Assembly: GCF_009834535.1 (NCBI RefSeq)
Contig: NC_045707.1
Span: 62,746,001 to 62,810,000, forward strand
DNA length: 64,000 nt
Direction: 5' to 3'
DNA from: Camelus ferus
Taxonomy: Eukaryota
In this document: in pieces, positions 60,574-64,000 of the stretch
Numbering within the stretch: the stretch's first letter is position 1
Layout of the letters: every line of letters begins with the position of its first letter
Notes under the pieces: model-generated
Database searches by the model: none
The model's input: the letters and a program-made list of their open reading frames with translations, nothing else
Told to the model about the DNA's origin: nothing
Made by a program: the position numbers and the translations under genes

Positions 60574-63500
60574 TGGAACAAATAAGAGTTAGAGAATCCT
60601 AAGAAACAAACAAAAATCTAGTGTAGATAAAAATTCTTATTTTTATTCTACTTTGGAAAAACAGACTGGGAGTATTATAGAACAAAGAAAGGAAAAGACT
60701 CAAATTTTTTAACAAATTATACCAAAAGATTATCGAACTGAAAAAAAGAGGGCAGACAGAAAATGTGAACCAACAGGACCTACTTTACTGATCAGCTGAA
60801 TTAAATCAGCTGTAATAATACGACCCATCTCCAGTACAATATGTCATTGTATACACAGCTCGGCTCTCTGTGTCCTTCTGTTGTTTGTGATAAGAGCAAT
60901 CATCCTATTTCCCATTGTTCTTTAAAATATAAACAGAGCTAGGACCAGAAGCAACATTACCAAAGAGACTGCCAAAATGTGCTGATAACAACTGGGATGT
61001 TTCCTAGCTGTCACATTTAGACTCCTGTTATACAAATAAGCCAAAACAGACCAGTAAGCAACAAGAGATGATGCCCACACTTTGGAATTCTGGATTGATA
61101 CTGCGGCTATATAGAGCAATGCATACAACACAGACTCTTTTGAAGAAATACTAATATCCCCATTCCAAGTGCTTTGTAATTCACTGTTTATTCTTTTACA
61201 ACAATCCTGTTAGTGGCCAGTGTCTTTCTTTCCCTCTAAAAAAGCTCAGAATTAGCCTTTTAGTCAGTTACACAATGAGAATTAACTAAGGGTCAAAATA
61301 TGACAAAATTATGACTAGCTTTGCCATTTTATTTCTAATATTTGGTCTGAAATAAAATGCCCAATATATCTTCAAAGGAGTAGGCCTCGTTTTGTTCAGA
61401 TAATGCTGTGCTTAGATATGTGACCCATCAGAATTGATGCTGGGGAAAAGCAGCTGTAATCCACAAAAATGTTAGTTATACACTTAAAAAAAGCTTCCAA
61501 ATGAATTCTGCAATCTAGCCAAATTTGTCAAATGTGAATAGATATTGTCATGAAAAGAAAAAGAAAATGCTCTTTTTCATGAGCTAGAATCACTATTTTA
61601 ACTAAAATGTAATCTTCTGGAAGGCAAGATTGCTATTCTTCGTTCTTTTCTTTTTTCTCTTTATAGCATTTTTCTACCTGCCTACAAGGAACTCAAAAAT
61701 AAGAACTGATTGACAGAACTAATTCTTATAAATTTAAGTATTAGCTCTGGAGAGTCTCAATGTCCCAAAATCAATTACTACTGGTGTTCCCCAATATTAA
61801 CATTTTTCTTACCTTCCACTCTTTCCTTTCCACCAACCTCTTCTCATTTTACACCTGTGCTTCCTTTTCCATTATTCTTTCTTTTCTAACTGTGCCTTTC
61901 TATAATAAAAAAAGCAATGACACCAATGGTCATTTTGTATTCCCACTACTGGCACTCATAGCTAACGGGGTTACTGACCACTGTCCTATTTCCTAGGAAA
62001 CAAGAAAGTGATGCTGAATTGAGTTAGCTTCAGCTGAAAATGTGCACGTTAACCCATGGCCAGAGTGCAGTTGAAACAAAAGCCATTGCTAAAAATAGCT
62101 CCTTTTCTCTTTTAATGTCGTTCACCATTTTTAATAAACTAGAGAAAACCTATTCACTGATATTAGTGTCTCTAGTTCATTTTATGACATGATCATTTAT
62201 TGGTTTAAGTTTAACATATAACTACATAAATTCATTTTGTCTTAAAACATACCTGTTTTTAAAACAGGTAAATGTATGTATTGATTCTCTTGCTAGAAAC
62301 CCTTTATCACTTGAAGCAAAACACCTTTTTTCTCCTCTCACTCCCATAACTTATATGGAACTGTATTAAATGAGGACTATCTAGATTCTTTAATACTCCA
62401 CCTGTTAACATCTGCCCAAAGGGGAAAAGGTACAAAAATTCAGAAAGTTAGGATTTTTCTGAGTTAGTGTTCCTTGACAAAAGGAAAATGTGTAAGTGCT
62501 CATCAGCATAAAGCGTAGAACAAGGACTTAATTGAAGTCATCGAGAACGCACTTTGTAGAGCTCTCCTTTGGCGTCCCTTGGCTTTTAGACATTGATTAA
62601 ATAAGAAGAAACTTTGAAAGGGTTGGAATTTCTGACGCATTTAAAATACTTAAGTTTTAAGGAGAACTGTTTTAGATAAAATCAGAACTCTTGCTGATCC
62701 TGGCCCACTTTTAAAGACACATTAAAACCCTAAGCTTTTGTTATTTCTAAAGTAGGTTAAGTGATTTTCTTTTCTTTGTTTTTTTTTTTTTCCTTCCTGC
62801 CTGAATGGACCCACATCTAAACACACACATAGGTTTGTGAGGGCATTTCTGGAAAAACGGAAACCAGTTATAAATTTCCTCACTCTTTTTTACTTACAAA
62901 ATAGATCTTTACATTTTTTTAATTCTAGGTTTATAAATGTCAAGATTCTAACGATTCAAATAAATATAATAAACAAACACAAGCAAATAAACTAAGTTTA
63001 AAAAAAATAAAAATAAACTAAATTTTTGGATGCTAATCCAATATACACTTGAAATTCTGAGCTGCACAGTTCCTCTGGTATCAATACAGTTTTCTGGAGC
63101 TTACACACTGGTTTGGCTATTGCAATGAGAAACAAGACCATGCTGACCATGGGGAAAAAGGTCATCTTTCTGTTGAACTAAATTTACCTTAAGTTCCATT
63201 GCTTTGTATCACTAGCAATAAGGTTTTAGGTCAACTGCGATAATACTTTTGCTGAGAGCATGCACTTCCCTGTATGAAAGCAGCAACTGGCAGTTGACAC
63301 TGGGATGACTTAGAAGAAGATAAACTTATACACGTATGCAATTCATACAGAGACAGGGAAGGAAACTCTTGATTAGTGGGCTGGTCATGCACATCTTAGG
63401 TGGAATATAACTGTCATGAACATCTATCAGAGTTAAATTTTCCTTTCCTTCCTGATGAGATCCTTCAGCTAGCAGGTGGAATCACCACAACTTTCAGAAA

Positions 63501-64000
63501 CAAAGAAAGGAGGCCGGTAACTAAAAGTTGAACTTTCTCAAGTAGAGTATTCGTAGAATAGCATTGTTACAATTGACAACATAAATCAATATAGTGTATT
63601 AGCCATTCACAGTCATTAAAAAAAATGATCATTTCACACTGAGAAGTGTCCAAGGTCCAATAATGCAAAAAGTGTTTTTATTCGTTATAATTGTTATCAA
63701 GGCTAATAAAACTAGCCTTCACCTCTTTCTGTCAAGTAAGATAAGTGTGGAAAGAATTCCTCTGATAGATTTCCAAAAATGTTGCTTACATTAAAACAAC
63801 TTATTCTATTTGATTAAATAAAGTATTAACCAGTTAAATAGAAATGTCTAGGTCATTAGTAAACCAACTTATTTTAGCCTTCAATAAAGTGTTACATGTT
63901 TTTTTCTGCTTAACTTGTAGATTTTCTAAGTATCCAGATATATCCACTTGATACATCCCTAGATGTAGGAAATTATGAATAAGACACTCCACTCTTGGAA

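Noticed and set aside
60922..61131. Hydrophobic 69-aa ORF as a membrane micropeptide
   Set aside because: It has a non-ATG start, hydrophobicity is expected from T-rich sequence, and there is no promoter or splice support.
1..64000. Short ORFs in the six-frame track as protein-coding genes
   Set aside because: They are 60-140 aa, many start at non-ATG codons, overlap repeats or low-complexity DNA, and show no recognisable domain. Only the L1 fragments are interpretable.
1..64000. CRISPR array, operon or prokaryotic defence system
   Set aside because: The sequence is mammalian repeat-rich DNA with no regularly spaced repeat-spacer array or gene cluster.

Overview
AT-rich, CpG-depleted, repeat-rich eutherian genomic DNA, intronic or intergenic. 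A Vic-1-like tRNA-derived SINE at 52.7 kb points to a camelid (camel, llama or alpaca). I recognise no protein-coding gene. The ORF track is background, apart from degenerate LINE-1 ORF1/ORF2 fragments at 37.7-41.5 kb. The window contains a ~4.8 kb minus-strand L1MB-like element, several older L1MC/ME pieces, L2, MIR and L3 relics, MaLR/ERVL LTRs (MLT1D, MLT1J-like, MLT2-like), a MER31 LTR, hAT MITEs (MER5-like, MER45A) and microsatellites. Repeat subfamily names are recalled from consensus motifs and boundaries are approximate. I found no evidence for a new multi-gene system. The most notable signals are a 47-bp templated insertion copied from 3.6 kb away into an L2 tail, a recursive-splice-like AG|GTAAGT site, several candidate unannotated exons, an L2 tail-to-tail hairpin resembling miR-95, and deeply nested transposons, one of which is an L1 internal fragment without a poly(A) tail.
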